This document shows positions 37,452-50,208 of a DNA stretch of 64,000 nt, piece by piece. Every line of letters starts with the position of its first letter. The first letter of the stretch is position 1. Under the pieces are notes generated by a model. The model had not been told where the DNA came from. It worked only from the letters and a program-made list of their open reading frames with translations, and ran no database searches. Origin of the DNA: Eledone cirrhosa (Eukaryota). The translations under genes were made by a program, and so were the position numbers. The stretch lies in assembly GCA_964016885.1 (NCBI GenBank), contig OZ024743.1:241614001-241678000 (forward strand). Direction: 5' to 3'.

Positions 37452-39740
37452 TTGCCGTCACAGGTCGATGAACAAACAGAAGCACAATTTCGAATAGCTA
37501 GATCTAAACTTAGAAATATTATAGAACAGTATAGCAAGAAGCATAATAGAATGGAGGCCCAGCAACTGGGAGAAAAATCTGCAAATGGCTTGCGTAAGTT
37601 CATGCAGCGCTCGCGTAATGGAGAGATAGCATGCTTTCCAAGAGACAAGTCTGGCAGAATGTCAGGTGACAGTCTGCCAAACTACATCCAGGCAATGCAA
37701 CCCCACATCACTAACACAAGAGAAGTAACACCACAAGAGCATGAGGATAGAGAAAAAGCCCTCAATCCCCATATCGTGTTGTGGACAAATATAATGCAGC
37801 CCAACAAAAGGACTGCCAACAACTTCCAGGCCTGGAACAATGACGTGCCAGCGTTGTATGGGCTTCGAAAAGACCATAAAAAGAGCAGTGACCCTGTCAC
37901 GGGACCACCAACACCGCCAGTCTGTGGAGCTAACATTGCTAGTAACTACAGATTGTCCTACTTCCTCTGCCTGATCATACGCCCCATTCTTGAAATGTCC
38001 CCAGATGTGTGTGGCAGCACGGAGGACCTCCTCAGCAGAATCGGCGAGAGTAACCGATCTAGGGAGCTAACAAACTGCATAATAGGTAGTATGGATGTTG
38101 TGTCCCTGTATCCATCTATTGACGTGGATTTTGCTGTGGAGAAATGCGTAGAAATGATCAGTGAGAGCAATGTTGAATTCCGTGGGATTGATACCAGTGA
38201 GCTGGGACTCCTACTTAAACTTACCTATAGTAATAATTATCTAGACACATATGACCTTAGCAGCCTGTGCCCTACAAGACCAGCAAGAGGCAGACCACCT
38301 ATCATTACCTCAATGGCCAAGAAAACCCACACAGATAGATGGAACGGGTGGACCAGAGCCATACGGACCCTGGAAAACCACGATGAACTAAAGAAAATGA
38401 TTGCACATGCGGTGGGGGCCCAGCATAAAATTAAGGAACATATATTCAAATTTAATGGAAAAACATATGCCCAAGAGGAGGGAGCAGCCATTGGTGTTAG
38501 CATTGCAGGCGACATAGCTAACTTATTCATGGTATGGTGGGAGAGTAGACTTAAACTTAAACTTATGGAACAATTAGAAGACCCCTTAACCCTGATAATG
38601 TACTCCCGCTACGTTGTTGATATAAACATCGTAGTTAAAACACCCCCACTAGAGAACAGTCAGGAATTAGAGAAAAACAAAATGGAAAGCATCCAGCAAA
38701 TAGCTAACTCCATCCACCAGAGTATTAGAGTTACTATAGACTACCCAAGCAAACACCCCAACCATCGATTACCTGTACTAGACACAAAGCTCTGGTTAGA
38801 TACCATTAATTACAAAAAACAAATCCTCCATTCCCATTATGCAAAACCCATGACTTCCATATATCTGATCCACCGAAACTCAGCTGTTTCAGACCATACC
38901 AAAATCAACATACTGATTGCGGATTTGGTACGGGTGATGAGAAACGTGTCCCGCATGTGCAACCCCGAAGAACTAGAGAGACACATACAACACTTCATCC
39001 ACCGTATGCAGTTCTCTGGTTGCAATCAGAGAGATAAAATCAGAGTGTATAGAGGAGCCAGAACCAAATGGGAAAAAATGGTAAATAATGACACAAATGG
39101 GACCTGCCTCTTGTATAGGAGCAAATTTTGGAATAGAATAGAAAGAACTAGGAATAAGGCTAATAGAATAAACTCATGGTATGATAGCAATAAATACCAG
39201 AGTGTAATGTTCATCGATACAACCCTTAGAGGTGAATTAGCTTACACATTTAGAAGGGACCTAGATAAACATAAACTCAATATTAAGATAGTAGAAAGAC
39301 CAGGTACCTCCATAAAAATACTTATTAGCAAGACATACCCTTTTCAAAGACCTCCCTGTTTAGATAAGAAATGTATAATCTGTAAATTAAGCCCCCATAT
39401 TAACTGTAAAACTAGAAATGTAGTATATAGCATAAGATGTACTGAAGGACAATGTAGAGATAAAAATATAGTATACATAGGTGAGACAGCTCGTAGTATT
39501 GGGGAACGGATAAATGAACACTGGCGAGACCTTCAAGATAGTAAAGAATCAACTGTACTCTACCAACATGCTAAAATAGAACATAAGGGTAAATTAGAGA
39601 ACATAGAAATAAAAATAAAATCTACACACAGAAAAGACGCAATGTTTAGACAAATCACAGAGGCAATAAACATAAAAGAATTACAACCAAAATTAAATAG
39701 AAAACATGAGTGGAACAGCAACATCACAACTTACAATTAA
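37452..39740 (+). CDS. PLE reverse transcriptase with GIY-YIG endonuclease (probably inactive copy)
   Basis: GSMDVVSLYPSI, QEEGAAIG, YSRYVVDI (catalytic YVDD altered to YVVD), LPVLD, CX4CX2C linker, NVVY...YIGETAR...RINEH. Reading frame continues upstream of the track's TTG start to a TGA at 37362. Confidence 0.9.
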   Translation: MPSQVDEQTEAQFRIARSKLRNIIEQYSKKHNRMEAQQLGEKSANGLRKFMQRSRNGEIACFPRDKSGRMSGDSLPNYIQAMQPHITNTREVTPQEHEDREKALNPHIVLWTNIMQPNKRTANNFQAWNNDVPALYGLRKDHKKSSDPVTGPPTPPVCGANIASNYRLSYFLCLIIRPILEMSPDVCGSTEDLLSRIGESNRSRELTNCIIGSMDVVSLYPSIDVDFAVEKCVEMISESNVEFRGIDTSELGLLLKLTYSNNYLDTYDLSSLCPTRPARGRPPIITSMAKKTHTDRWNGWTRAIRTLENHDELKKMIAHAVGAQHKIKEHIFKFNGKTYAQEEGAAIGVSIAGDIANLFMVWWESRLKLKLMEQLEDPLTLIMYSRYVVDINIVVKTPPLENSQELEKNKMESIQQIANSIHQSIRVTIDYPSKHPNHRLPVLDTKLWLDTINYKKQILHSHYAKPMTSIYLIHRNSAVSDHTKINILIADLVRVMRNVSRMCNPEELERHIQHFIHRMQFSGCNQRDKIRVYRGARTKWEKMVNNDTNGTCLLYRSKFWNRIERTRNKANRINSWYDSNKYQSVMFIDTTLRGELAYTFRRDLDKHKLNIKIVERPGTSIKILISKTYPFQRPPCLDKKCIICKLSPHINCKTRNVVYSIRCTEGQCRDKNIVYIGETARSIGERINEHWRDLQDSKESTVLYQHAKIEHKGKLENIEIKIKSTHRKDAMFRQITEAINIKELQPKLNRKHEWNSNITTYN

Positions 39741-39942
39741 GGACAAAATGAAAACGCACACGCACATAGAACAAACAACCAACCAGTAACATGTAAATAA
39801 ACAAATAAATAAACGAATACAAACACACACAGACACCCGGATGTAACACATGCGCAAACTAAGCCCACAACACACACACAAAAACAAGATGGCGTAGGAC
39901 AGAGCAAAGGAGAGGCACAAAAAACAAAGAAAAGAACCCCCA

Positions 39943-39985
39943 GTCACTGAAGAGGTCACATAATGTGTGACGAAAGAACTTTGAC
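39943..39985 (+). ncRNA. Minimal type I hammerhead ribozyme in PLE 3' pseudo-LTR
   Basis: GTCA-CTGAAGA-G-GTCACA(TAATG)TGTGAC-GAAA-GAAC-TT-TGAC: helix I GTCA/TGAC, 6-bp helix II, minimal helix III. Confidence 0.8.
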
Positions 39986-40135
39986 AAAATATAAACAACC
40001 ATCTGGTTGTGGAACCAACCAACCAACCGGAAATTAATAAATTCGTAAATTTATACATTTATTATAATAAATTGAAGTGAAAGCAACTGGTGCGTGTGTT
40101 TCTTATTGGCAACATGACCCTCCCAAAGTATAACA

Positions 40136-40225
<90 letters not shown>

Positions 40226-40276
40226 ATATATATATATGTGTGTATATATATATATGTGTGTGTATATAAATATGTG

Positions 40277-40368
<92 letters not shown>

Positions 40369-40377
40369 CATATATAC

Positions 40378-40724
40378 TTGTATATAATGGTAGCTATGGT
40401 GCTTCCATAGGCGGTATGCCAAAATTAGCAGTCAATATTCAGCAGAGTAGAGTGTAGATAGTATAAAGAAAACGAAAAATCAGTGATGCATCTGGACTCA
40501 ATTTATTGCGTGTTACAATTGTTTCGCCGGCAGGTAGCTCGAGACATGGTCCCTGTATGGATCTGGCTGATTCTACGGCTGCAGGTTCCTTCAGACACGG
40601 GTATTTCGTTCGGGGCAAATTTCATCACCATACAGGGACCATGTCTCGAGCTACCTGCCGGCGAAACAATTGTAACACGCAATAAATTGAGTCCAGATGC
40701 ATCACTGGTTTGTCGTTTTCTTTA

Positions 40725-40730
<6 letters not shown>
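40378..40730 (-). mobile_element. Two-armed PLE pseudo-LTR insertion in (TA)n
   Basis: Inverted arms 40458-40560 and 40628-40730; ~80 nt extension on the left only; hammerhead motif. Confidence 0.8.
40510..40598 (-). ncRNA. Hammerhead-like ribozyme with long helix II and palindromic AATT loop III
   Basis: GTGT-CTGAAGGA-ACCTGCAG...CTGCCGGC-GAAAC-AATT-GTA-ACAC; core has one extra base. Confidence 0.65.
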
Positions 40731-40759
<29 letters not shown>

Positions 40760-41667
40760 ATATATATATGATAACGAAGAGTTACACATAGATGAATAGA
40801 AAGTGATCAGAGTAAAATAAGGTACCCAATACATTAGTAGCCAAGGGACATGATTTATTTCATAAAGAAATATATGTATTTATATAAACACTAACACCCA
40901 CATACACATAAACATACACACATATACAGAGAAACCTGCACATTGAGAGAGAGACTGGGGTGGAGGGAGAGGTGAGAGAGTGTATAGTCTGTTAGATTGA
41001 AAAAAGTGAACTAGAAAGGAGGGTAAAATGCTGAACGTGCGATGGAGAGAAGGAGAGTGAAATAGAGTGTTATAGAGTTGGCCCTGAAATATTGTTGAGC
41101 TATTAATCTGGCGAGACTGTTTACATTAGACTCCTTTTTCAAACGTCATATAGCGAGAGTGTATTTTGCTTCAATCGTGACGCTTCGGGCTTACAACACG
41201 AAATCAATCGATTCAGATTAGACAGGAAGTTAGTTTCACTAAGAGCGCCTTTACCGCTTAACGTCGCCAGCAACAACCTCCCTAGCACCTGCAACGCCAG
41301 CACCAATGAAACAAACAACGTCACCATTGCCAACAACGTCAGCACTGCCACTGCTAACATCGCTAACATCAATATTTTCCAAAAACATGACCAGCTCTGA
41401 CAACGCTAGCAACGCCAACGACGTCAGCAATGCCAACTATGTCAATACTTTCTACTATCTCCACAGTCTCCACTATCACAATCATCACTGCGGCGATCAT
41501 TGGTGCCACAATTGCCAGAAAAAGAATAACCTCACTGCCTCTCACACTTTTACCTAACAGTAACAATACCACCACCATCACCATCTTCACTACAATCAGC
41601 ACTGAAACCACTAGTTTGCCCACACGACAACCTCGCTACCTTCACCCAATATTTTACAGCGTGGATG

Positions 41668-41712
<45 letters not shown>

Positions 41713-41716
<4 letters not shown>

Positions 41717-41826
41717 AACAAGTATGACGTCGGGGTCATACTTGTTCCTATTATCCACTCTACTACCTTAAGTATTGAGTACTTTGGTGCGTTATGGTCA
41801 AATCTGGTTCTTTACCACATTTCCTT

Positions 41827-41831
<5 letters not shown>
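41713..41831 (+). mobile_element. 'TTCCTA' family two-armed insertion in (TA)n
   Basis: 16 bp arms 41713-41728 / 41735-41750, then an 80 nt extension homologous to 43541-43620. Confidence 0.8.
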
Positions 41832-41868
<37 letters not shown>

Positions 41869-41983
41869 GTATATATATATATATATATAACGTATATATA
41901 TATATATATATATATATATACGTATATATATATATATATATAACGTATATATATATATATATATATGTATAGAGAGAGAGAGT

Positions 41984-42065
<82 letters not shown>

Positions 42066-42231
42066 AGTAGTAGTAGTAGTGTGAGTCGAGTAGTGCTTAT
42101 TACTTGCAGCCATGCAAGAAATTAACAGCTTAATATTTTCTTTGGACGTCACTGTAACTTATTTTGTATTTGATCTTGTCCTTAAAACTGTCTTCATTCT
42201 TCCATACCATCGTTAACCACCGTAGCCGCTA

Positions 42232-42287
<56 letters not shown>

Positions 42288-42561
42288 GTATATACATATC
42301 CGTATTTGAGGGCTGAGAGAAAAGAGTAGTACTCAATACCGAAATAGCGTTTAAATATCCATTTTATCAAGGCTAAATAGTGAGTATTGTTACACACACA
42401 CACACACACACACAGAGACACACACACACACACAGAGACACACATACACACACAGAGACACACACACACACACAGAGACACACACACACACACACACACG
42501 CACACACACACACACACGCACACACGCGCGCGCGCGCGCGCGAACACGCACATATATATAT

Positions 42562-42682
42562 GTTTTGACAGCTAGATCCTAGCTGTCGAGACGGCCGGTG
42601 CTCAGCCGTCGGGTTCCTGACTCTTCCTATTACCCACTCTACTACCCTAAGTATTGAGTACTCTGATGCATTATGGTCCGAC
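42562..42682 (+). mobile_element. Diverged 'TTCCTA' family copy with short 5' fold-back
   Basis: TTCCTATTACCCACTCTACTACCCTAAGTATTGAGTACT shared with the 41713 and 43417 copies. Confidence 0.7.
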
Positions 42683-43374
42683 AGAAATAACAACGCAAAC
42701 GACACTGTACAATAAAGAAATATATTGGTTTAACGCATGATATAGTAGGGCAAGTGTCTTAAATTTTGAGACACTAGTCCTTCATCAGAAGCTAGAATTA
42801 GATAGAAAGATAGAGAATGAGAAGAAAGGACGGAAATAATTCTCTTATGAGACAAACACGTGTGTATTCTGATAGCCATTTTGTAGAAATGCTGGTCAGT
42901 GGATATGTTATGTATTAGATAGGTTTAGATAAGAAGATAATCATTGTATATTTTGAGTAGATATATGCGTGCGTGTGTAGAAGCTGTCGCAAAGGGTTGT
43001 ATAGATAAGGAGAGGAATATGATCGTTTCCTTATATAATACCTTTCGTGATATGGTCATAAGAGAGGCTGCTTAGTTTCGGGTATTTCGGCATGGTGCTA
43101 CAAACGCAAACAGTAGAACAACAGTGTGTAGTCAATACGTTCGTGGTAGTGGAGAGTGTCGGAAGATGGTGATGGCGGAGTAAATGTTGAGAAACATTCA
43201 ACTGGGTGCCATGCGATCACAGACACGTGCGTAAAAGAAACAAGCACACATGCATCCTAAAGCTTGAGCCATGGTAGTGTAAACAAATACTTGCGCTGAA
43301 CCCTCTAATTCTAGGTTAACTTTCAGAAAATACACTCACACACACTCATACATATATATATATTTATCTATTTA

Positions 43375-43415
<41 letters not shown>

Positions 43416-43420
<5 letters not shown>

Positions 43421-43620
43421 AACCAGTAAGACCCCGACAGCTGAGCTCAAGCCGTTTCGACGGCTAATTCTGGACTCATTAGTCCAGAATTAGCCGTCGA
43501 AACGGCTTGAGCTCAGCTGTCGGGGTCTTACTGGTTCCTATTACCCACTCTACTACCTCAAGTATTGAGTACTTTGGTGCGTTATGGTCCACCTGGTTCC
43601 TTACCACTTTTCCTTCGTTA
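43416..43620 (+). mobile_element. 'TTCCTA' family two-armed insertion in (TA)n
   Basis: Perfect 61 bp arms 43416-43476 / 43481-43541 with CATT loop, then an 80 nt extension. Confidence 0.85.
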
Positions 43621-43660
43621 TATATATATATATATATATATATATTCTATTATATTATAT

Positions 43661-43849
43661 GGTGAATTGGCAGTATCGGTAGAGGGTTGGACGCCATGCT
43701 TTGACGCATAGAGTTACGGCCCTTGCCATTCTGAGTTCAAATCCCGCCGAGGTTAACTTTGCCTTTCATCCTTACGGGGTCGATAAAATAAAGTACCAGT
43801 AATGTACTGGGATAATTGCTGGCCTTGTGCCAAAAGTAGAAACAATTAT
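43661..43849 (+). mobile_element. SINE family 1, full length
   Basis: A box, B box, core and tail as at 14384. Confidence 0.92.
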
Positions 43850-43978
43850 ATATATATATATAAAGATTTACATATACATAAAGTCACAGATATATATGTG
43901 GCAACCGGTCACGTTGTGGCTCAATGAAGAATTAATAAATTAAATAATCAGAGCAATATATCATAAATCATGTCCTTA

Positions 43979-44029
<51 letters not shown>

Positions 44030-44104
44030 AATAAATAAATAAATAAATATATATATATATATACGATATTAATAAATGGAAATTATATTTATAAAACCAT
44101 ATTT

Positions 44105-44167
44105 ATTTCATTATACATATTTCAGGGATACCATATTAAATTATGGTATGCCTTCATCAGACAAAAT
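44105..44167 (-). ncRNA. Minimal hammerhead ribozyme downstream of the minus-strand PLE ORF
   Basis: ATTTTGT-CTGATGA-AGG-CATACCATA(ATTTAA)TATGGTATC-CCT-GAAA-T-ATGT-A-TA-ATGAAAT; core intact. Confidence 0.8.
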
Positions 44168-45529
44168 ACAATATATAACAGTTTTACAAATAGCTTTGAC
44201 GTACCCTTTTAAAATACAACCATTACTTTCGGAGATTGAGATATACGTAGGATAAATTTCTATACTAAATATATAAAACATATTATTTTAACTTAAGATA
44301 CTCTATAGCGTTTTAAATGGTTCAATTCAAGTCTTGGCAGTGATTTATTACAACAAAACTCAATATTTATATACCACAAGTAAAAATAAGACAAGCTAAA
44401 TATGATGGAAAGGTATAAGTAGCGATATATAAGTATTAGGAGTGTGTGAGTAGGAGAAAGTATAGAATAAAAAATAAAAATTAAAAAAATAAACACATAA
44501 GTATATAAATGTTAAATATTTAAATATGTAAATATCCGTGTTAGAGAAAAGGTCAAAAGAAATAGAGAGTGCTAAATAGAAGAGAAAAGGGAAAAAGATA
44601 AAAAGATGAAGATAAAAAGAAGGGAGATGGAGATAGAGATGATAGAATATATAACTGCATAATGAAAAGAGTTAAAAAAGAAAGAAAGAAGAAAGGGACA
44701 TGATGCGTGACCGTTTTTTTTTCAAATATTAAGTCAGGTAGAAGCGATCAATTAAATACCGTGAAATTTTAATCTATAGTATATGGTTATATTTAAGCAA
44801 ATTATACTATTATATGATATCAAAATTAAACAATATAAAATATTTTTCAATGATAATCAGGAGCATAGTTAAATTAATAAATATATTCAAAATTTAGTTA
44901 CCAAATTCAAAGTCTGAAACATTATTAAGTACCAATGATGTTTATAAATATTTATAAATATAGTAAATAAGTATGAGAGTATTTATCATAACTTAATTAC
45001 ATATCAGCATCTGTATATGCATTTTATATAATGTTTAGAATTATAAATATTATAAACAATGCTAATTAAATCAATAGTTGTCAATTACATATAGGATTAA
45101 TTATTAGTTATATTTACTCTTGAAAGTATTATTATTTCGATTCAACCAAATCTTATTGTATTCAATACTATAGGTCAAGTTAAATACAGATTATTAATCA
45201 ATTTGGATAAAACGAAAAATTATACACGATAAATGTAAACAAAAGCTCCGTACAACATATCTAAACGTTTAAATTAACTAATAGGTTTGAAAGCCTGAAG
45301 GTATTTCAGATCTCAAATATAGAAAATTCAATGAGGATTTAAAATGAGGATTTAAAAATCAAACTAAAGATATTTAGTCAATCAAGAGATTAACTTACTA
45401 TATAAAAGAACCGATATGCATTTCCTAAGGTGAGGTAAAACATTTACATAATACTAACAAAAACAAGAATTATTAATAAAAGTCAATATCTTTTCTCACT
45501 CAGTCAATGTTTTTTCCTAAATTTATATG

Positions 45530-46326
45530 ATGCTTGAAATGTTTTTGTAGATTTATGGAGGCAATTTGAAAATAACTCACTTTTTTTAATAATTACCATA
45601 ATTAGCGATTATTAGTAGAGTCTCAAAATTGCAAAGATTGCAGTTTGGTAAAATGGAATGGTTCCGATAGGATTCTGAGTTTCTAAGCTTAACCCAAGAA
45701 ATTGAGTATTTCATATTTTTCTCTTTTAAAGACCACATTAATTGTGATAATGAAGTAGAACATGTTTTATTTGGATTAGAAAAATAATGTTTATGATTGG
45801 AAAATCGAAGTTTAAAGTTCGTTGAAGTTGCACCTATGTAGTTATAAGTGATATTATTATTTGTTTTAATGGTACATTTATATACTAAATTCTCATCAAG
45901 GCAATTATTTTGTAAAGGGCATTCGGATTTCCTTCTACAGTTGCAGTTCAATTTCCTGCGATTTCTATAATCTAAACTGTTCATGTTATCATTGTTAATA
46001 TTTGTAGGTGTTCTACAATATGTGTTTAAATTATTATTATTGTTATTCTCAATAACTATTGTATTATTATTATTACTATTGTTATTATCGCTAATTATAT
46101 GTTGGTTTGAATTTAGAATTCTGCTATCAATTTTTGCAATATTTTGAGCCATATTCATGGTTGTTGAGTACGAAAGTTTAACTGTGTGTCTATTGAAGAT
46201 AGAGTAATACTTATGCATTCTAGGGAAAAATAAATGTGCTAAAGGGGTTTTAATAGCTAAAGATGCTGGTGGGGCATACCAAATAATAGATATAGTGCTA
46301 ATTCTTTTCACCGATTTATTCTCCAA
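45530..46326 (-). pseudogene. PLE C-terminal region with GIY-YIG endonuclease
   Basis: IIWYAPP, IFNRHTVKLSYS, CNCRRKSECPLQNNCL, LVY...YIGATSTNFKLRFSNH, CNLC; AT-rich 3' region runs to the hammerhead at 44105. Confidence 0.88.
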
Positions 46327-46611
46327 ATTGTTATTTTTATTTATATTTATATTTTTATTTTTACAGTCAGTTTTATTTATATTATTCCTATTATTATGAA
46401 TATTTTGTTTATAATTACTATTATTATTTTCTACATATTCAATATTATTTTTATATCCTGCTTTATGTAACGCTTCATTATAATATCCTGCTTTACTATT
46501 AAAAATGGATTTGTTAGCAAATATATTATTATATATAATAAAACATATATTTTGATTATGTGAATGTATCCATTTATTAATATTTTGAATAATATATATA
46601 TATTTATATAT

Positions 46612-46800
46612 ATATTCATTTTATTAAGGATAAATAGTGAGGCTTGTTACTCTGGAGTTTCGCCTGTTTATAACAGGATCATGAGATGAATCTGAGACAA
46701 GTATGCAAAGCTCCAGTGTAACAACACTCACTAGTTAGCCTTAATAAAATGAATATTTAAAAACTATTTCGGTATTGAGGACTCTTTTCTCTCAACCCTT
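46612..46800. mobile_element. Small two-armed PLE-like insertion with decayed hammerhead
   Basis: Imperfect arms 46612-46658 / 46710-46756; minus strand CTCATGA-TCCTGTT(ATA)AACAGGC-GAAACTCCAGAGTA. Confidence 0.55.
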
Positions 46801-46807
46801 AACTGCA

Positions 46808-46945
46808 TGATTGGCAGAATTGGTAGAGGGTCGGACATGCTTTCCAGCATAGTTACGTCCTTTTACGATTTGAGTTCAAATCCCGCCGAGGTTAACTTTG
46901 CCTTTCACCTTACGAGGTCGATAAAATAAAGTACCAAGTAGAAAC

Positions 46946-46950
<5 letters not shown>
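46808..46950 (+). mobile_element. SINE family 1 with 3' internal deletion
   Basis: A box, B box and core present; GTACCA joined directly to AGTAGAAACAATT. Confidence 0.85.
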
Positions 46951-47004
<54 letters not shown>

Positions 47005-47011
<7 letters not shown>

Positions 47012-47170
47012 ATACTTGGGGAGGGTCATATTGTTGTAATAATATTGCCAGAATTAATAACAGAAGACACTCACTGTTTGGTTGGTTTTCGCTTCTGTAT
47101 CTTTTATACCTCCATAGTTAATTCATTTGGCAATCAATGTTTATCATTGATTCACAAACGGTCAAAAATA
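47005..47170 (-). mobile_element. 3' end of a PLE related to 36966-40139
   Basis: TATTGTTATACTTGGGGAGGGTCAT matches 37022-37046; abuts (TA)n at the same terminus as 40139. Confidence 0.6.
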
Positions 47171-47407
47171 TACAGATATACATATATATATATATAGTCT
47201 AACAAAGTCCTTGCGTTGGACACCTGCAACATCATCAGATGGTACTATTATCATGTTTCCTCCCATGGTATTGCAATGTATTGTAGTGTCTACCCCATTT
47301 TTACTTTATCTAATTATTTATTTTTTTATTTTTGTCTCCGTCTCTGCGCATGCGTTTGCGTGTGTGTATAATGTTTATTGTGTGTGTTCCCGTTTGTATA
47401 TATATAT

Positions 47408-47458
47408 TATTGTTTCCACTTTTGGCACAAAGCCAGCAATTACCCATTACTGGTACTT

Positions 47459-47460
<2 letters not shown>
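47408..47460 (-). mobile_element. SINE family 1, 3' fragment
   Basis: TTGTTTCCACTTTTGGCACAAAGCCAGCAATTACCC...TACTGGTACTTTA. Confidence 0.8.
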
Positions 47461-47541
<81 letters not shown>

Positions 47542-48002
47542 AAATTTAATCATATGTTAGCCACAATGCGCAAACTAAGTAATAGTTAATAATCACAAAT
47601 AATATGATAATTAAATACTCGTTAGAATGTCCTTGGAGACGGGTAAATGTGGACACAAGACAGTTAGTGACAATGAGGAGAGGAATTGGGTGATGTACAT
47701 ACTGAAATGGTACGTTCCACTTTAGCCAAACCTTCATTAATTTTTTCAAGTTTAAACTTTGAAAATTGAGATGGAACAGCTTCTCCCTACTAAATTTGTT
47801 GAAAGGAGGTGGAAAACGTTTCCAAGTATAGGCAGGATGAATAGCTCTACTCTGAGCATGCGGTGGTAGGCTGGTAAACGTTACCTAAGAGAGGGCACCT
47901 GTCCTTGGTAGACACAGGGAATAAAGTTTCGAGGTGTTTCTTTGATCAACCACAGATATCTGACCACCCTCTATTGTTGCTATTATTTTGAGTTATTCTT
48001 CT

Positions 48003-48150
48003 CAGTTCAAATCTCACTGTGGTTAGCATTGACTTTCATCTTTACGCGGTCGATAAACTAATATACCAGTAACGTACTGGGGTCGATTCAATCGACTTTG
48101 CCCTTTCTGTCATATTGCTGACCCTGTGCCAATAGTAGAAATAATTATTT
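48003..48150 (+). mobile_element. SINE family 1 (older, 5'-truncated)
   Basis: AGTTCAAATC, GACTTTCATCTTTACGCGGTCGATAAA core, CCCTGTGCCAATAGTAGAAATAATTATT tail. Confidence 0.8.
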
Positions 48151-48159
48151 TTAGTTATT

Positions 48160-48500
48160 TTTCTCAGAAGATTGATTTTCTATGACAGCAATATTGTGTG
48201 GTACCCCAACCGCTTTAAGTCCTTTCGAAGTTTCTGAGAGTGACACGGGTCATCACAGGTATCACTTCAATTTACCATCTTTCATTACGAATCATCTTGC
48301 CATCTACACTTTGAATATGGAAAACTTGGTGATTTCTAAACCTCTTTACTCACAATATTCGTGCCATTTAGTATGGCTACGTCAATGATCTGACAATATT
48401 TGGCTTCCCTCTTCAATACAATATCCGGTCACTGATTCTCAATTACTCTATCAGTTTGGAATCATAATCCCAGAATACCATTATCTGCTCAACCTCCTAT
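48160..48500 (-). pseudogene. Decayed Dong/R4-type restriction-like endonuclease fragment
   Basis: Minus-strand peptides VFWDY, QTDRVIENQ*PDIVL...CQIIDVAI...IVSKE parallel the 62391-62780 ORF. Confidence 0.7.
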
Positions 48501-48558
48501 CTCCTTCCATTACTTTACAATCCAACATCAACATCTCTCTCACTCTCTCTCACTCTCC

Positions 48559-49258
<700 letters not shown>

Positions 49259-49261
<3 letters not shown>

Positions 49262-49373
49262 TTGTAATAAAATTAAAAAGAAATTTCATTTCTCACTCTT
49301 AGTACGGCACTTACTTAAATGTAAGTATGTATGTATACGTACATACATATATGTATACAGACGTACAGTAGCA

Positions 49374-49425
<52 letters not shown>

Positions 49426-49828
49426 CAGGTACACATACATATATGTACGCATCAGTTTAGCGGACACTTATTATAGCGTCCGCTTTGTTCGTTTGTAAAC
49501 AAACTGAACAGCCTGAATTTATGCCGCACGGTGTTAAGGCAACCACGTCACCTTTTTGTTCAAACTGACACAATTTTCATAAGGAAAGTATATACTTTCG
49601 AACGTTCAACTATCTGGCAGATGGGTATACGGTGCTGATGATAGCTAACAAGCTTGAAACTAGTACATCGTTCCTGTGTCAGTGTTGAACAAAAAGGTGA
49701 CGTGGTTGCCTTAACACTGTGCGGCATAAATTCAGGGTGTTCAGTTTGTTTACAAACGAACAAAGCGGGCGCTATAATAAGCGTCCGCTAAACTGATGCG
49801 TACATATATGTATGTGTACCTGTATGTA

Positions 49829-49880
<52 letters not shown>

Positions 49881-49935
49881 TGCTACTGTACGTCTGTATA
49901 CATATATGTATGTACGTATACATACATACTTACAT
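49259..49935 (+). mobile_element. Two-armed PLE-type insertion with ~255 bp arms that include microsatellite DNA
   Basis: Arms 49319-49572 / 49675-49935; hammerhead in the spacer; 60 nt extension on the left only; (TA)n flanks. Confidence 0.8.
49630..49670 (+). ncRNA. Minimal type I hammerhead ribozyme
   Basis: CGGTG-CTGATGA-T-AGCT(AACA)AGCT-T-GAAA-CTAG-TA-CATCG; helix I CGGTG/CATCG; palindromic CTAG loop. Confidence 0.85.
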
Positions 49936-49956
49936 ATATATATATATATATATATC

Positions 49957-50122
49957 AGGAACGATCGACTTTCGTCAAATCGGGCCGAGGAAACAATGTT
50001 TCCATTGGTCTTTCCAGTTGCTAATAGTATCTATCGGTCGCAACTCCAGGTAAAAGGAGCAACGTGAAATAAAGTGTCTTGCTCAAGGACATAACGCATC
50101 GCCTGGTCCGGGAATCGAACTA
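49957..50122 (-). mobile_element. SINE family 2 copy
   Basis: Aligns to 36283-36451. Confidence 0.8.

Positions 50123-50208
<86 letters not shown>

Larger units (their letters stand above)
36966..40139 (+). mobile_element. Penelope-like retroelement (Naiad/Neptune-like), 5'-truncated with inverted pseudo-LTR, in (TA)n
   Basis: RT + GIY-YIG ORF, 3' hammerhead, 52 bp inverted repeat 37021-37072 / 40088-40139, (TA)n on both flanks. Confidence 0.92.

Noticed and set aside
41139-41771. Overlapping Thr/Ala/Val-rich ORFs
   Set aside because: Degenerate trinucleotide low-complexity sequence open in several frames.
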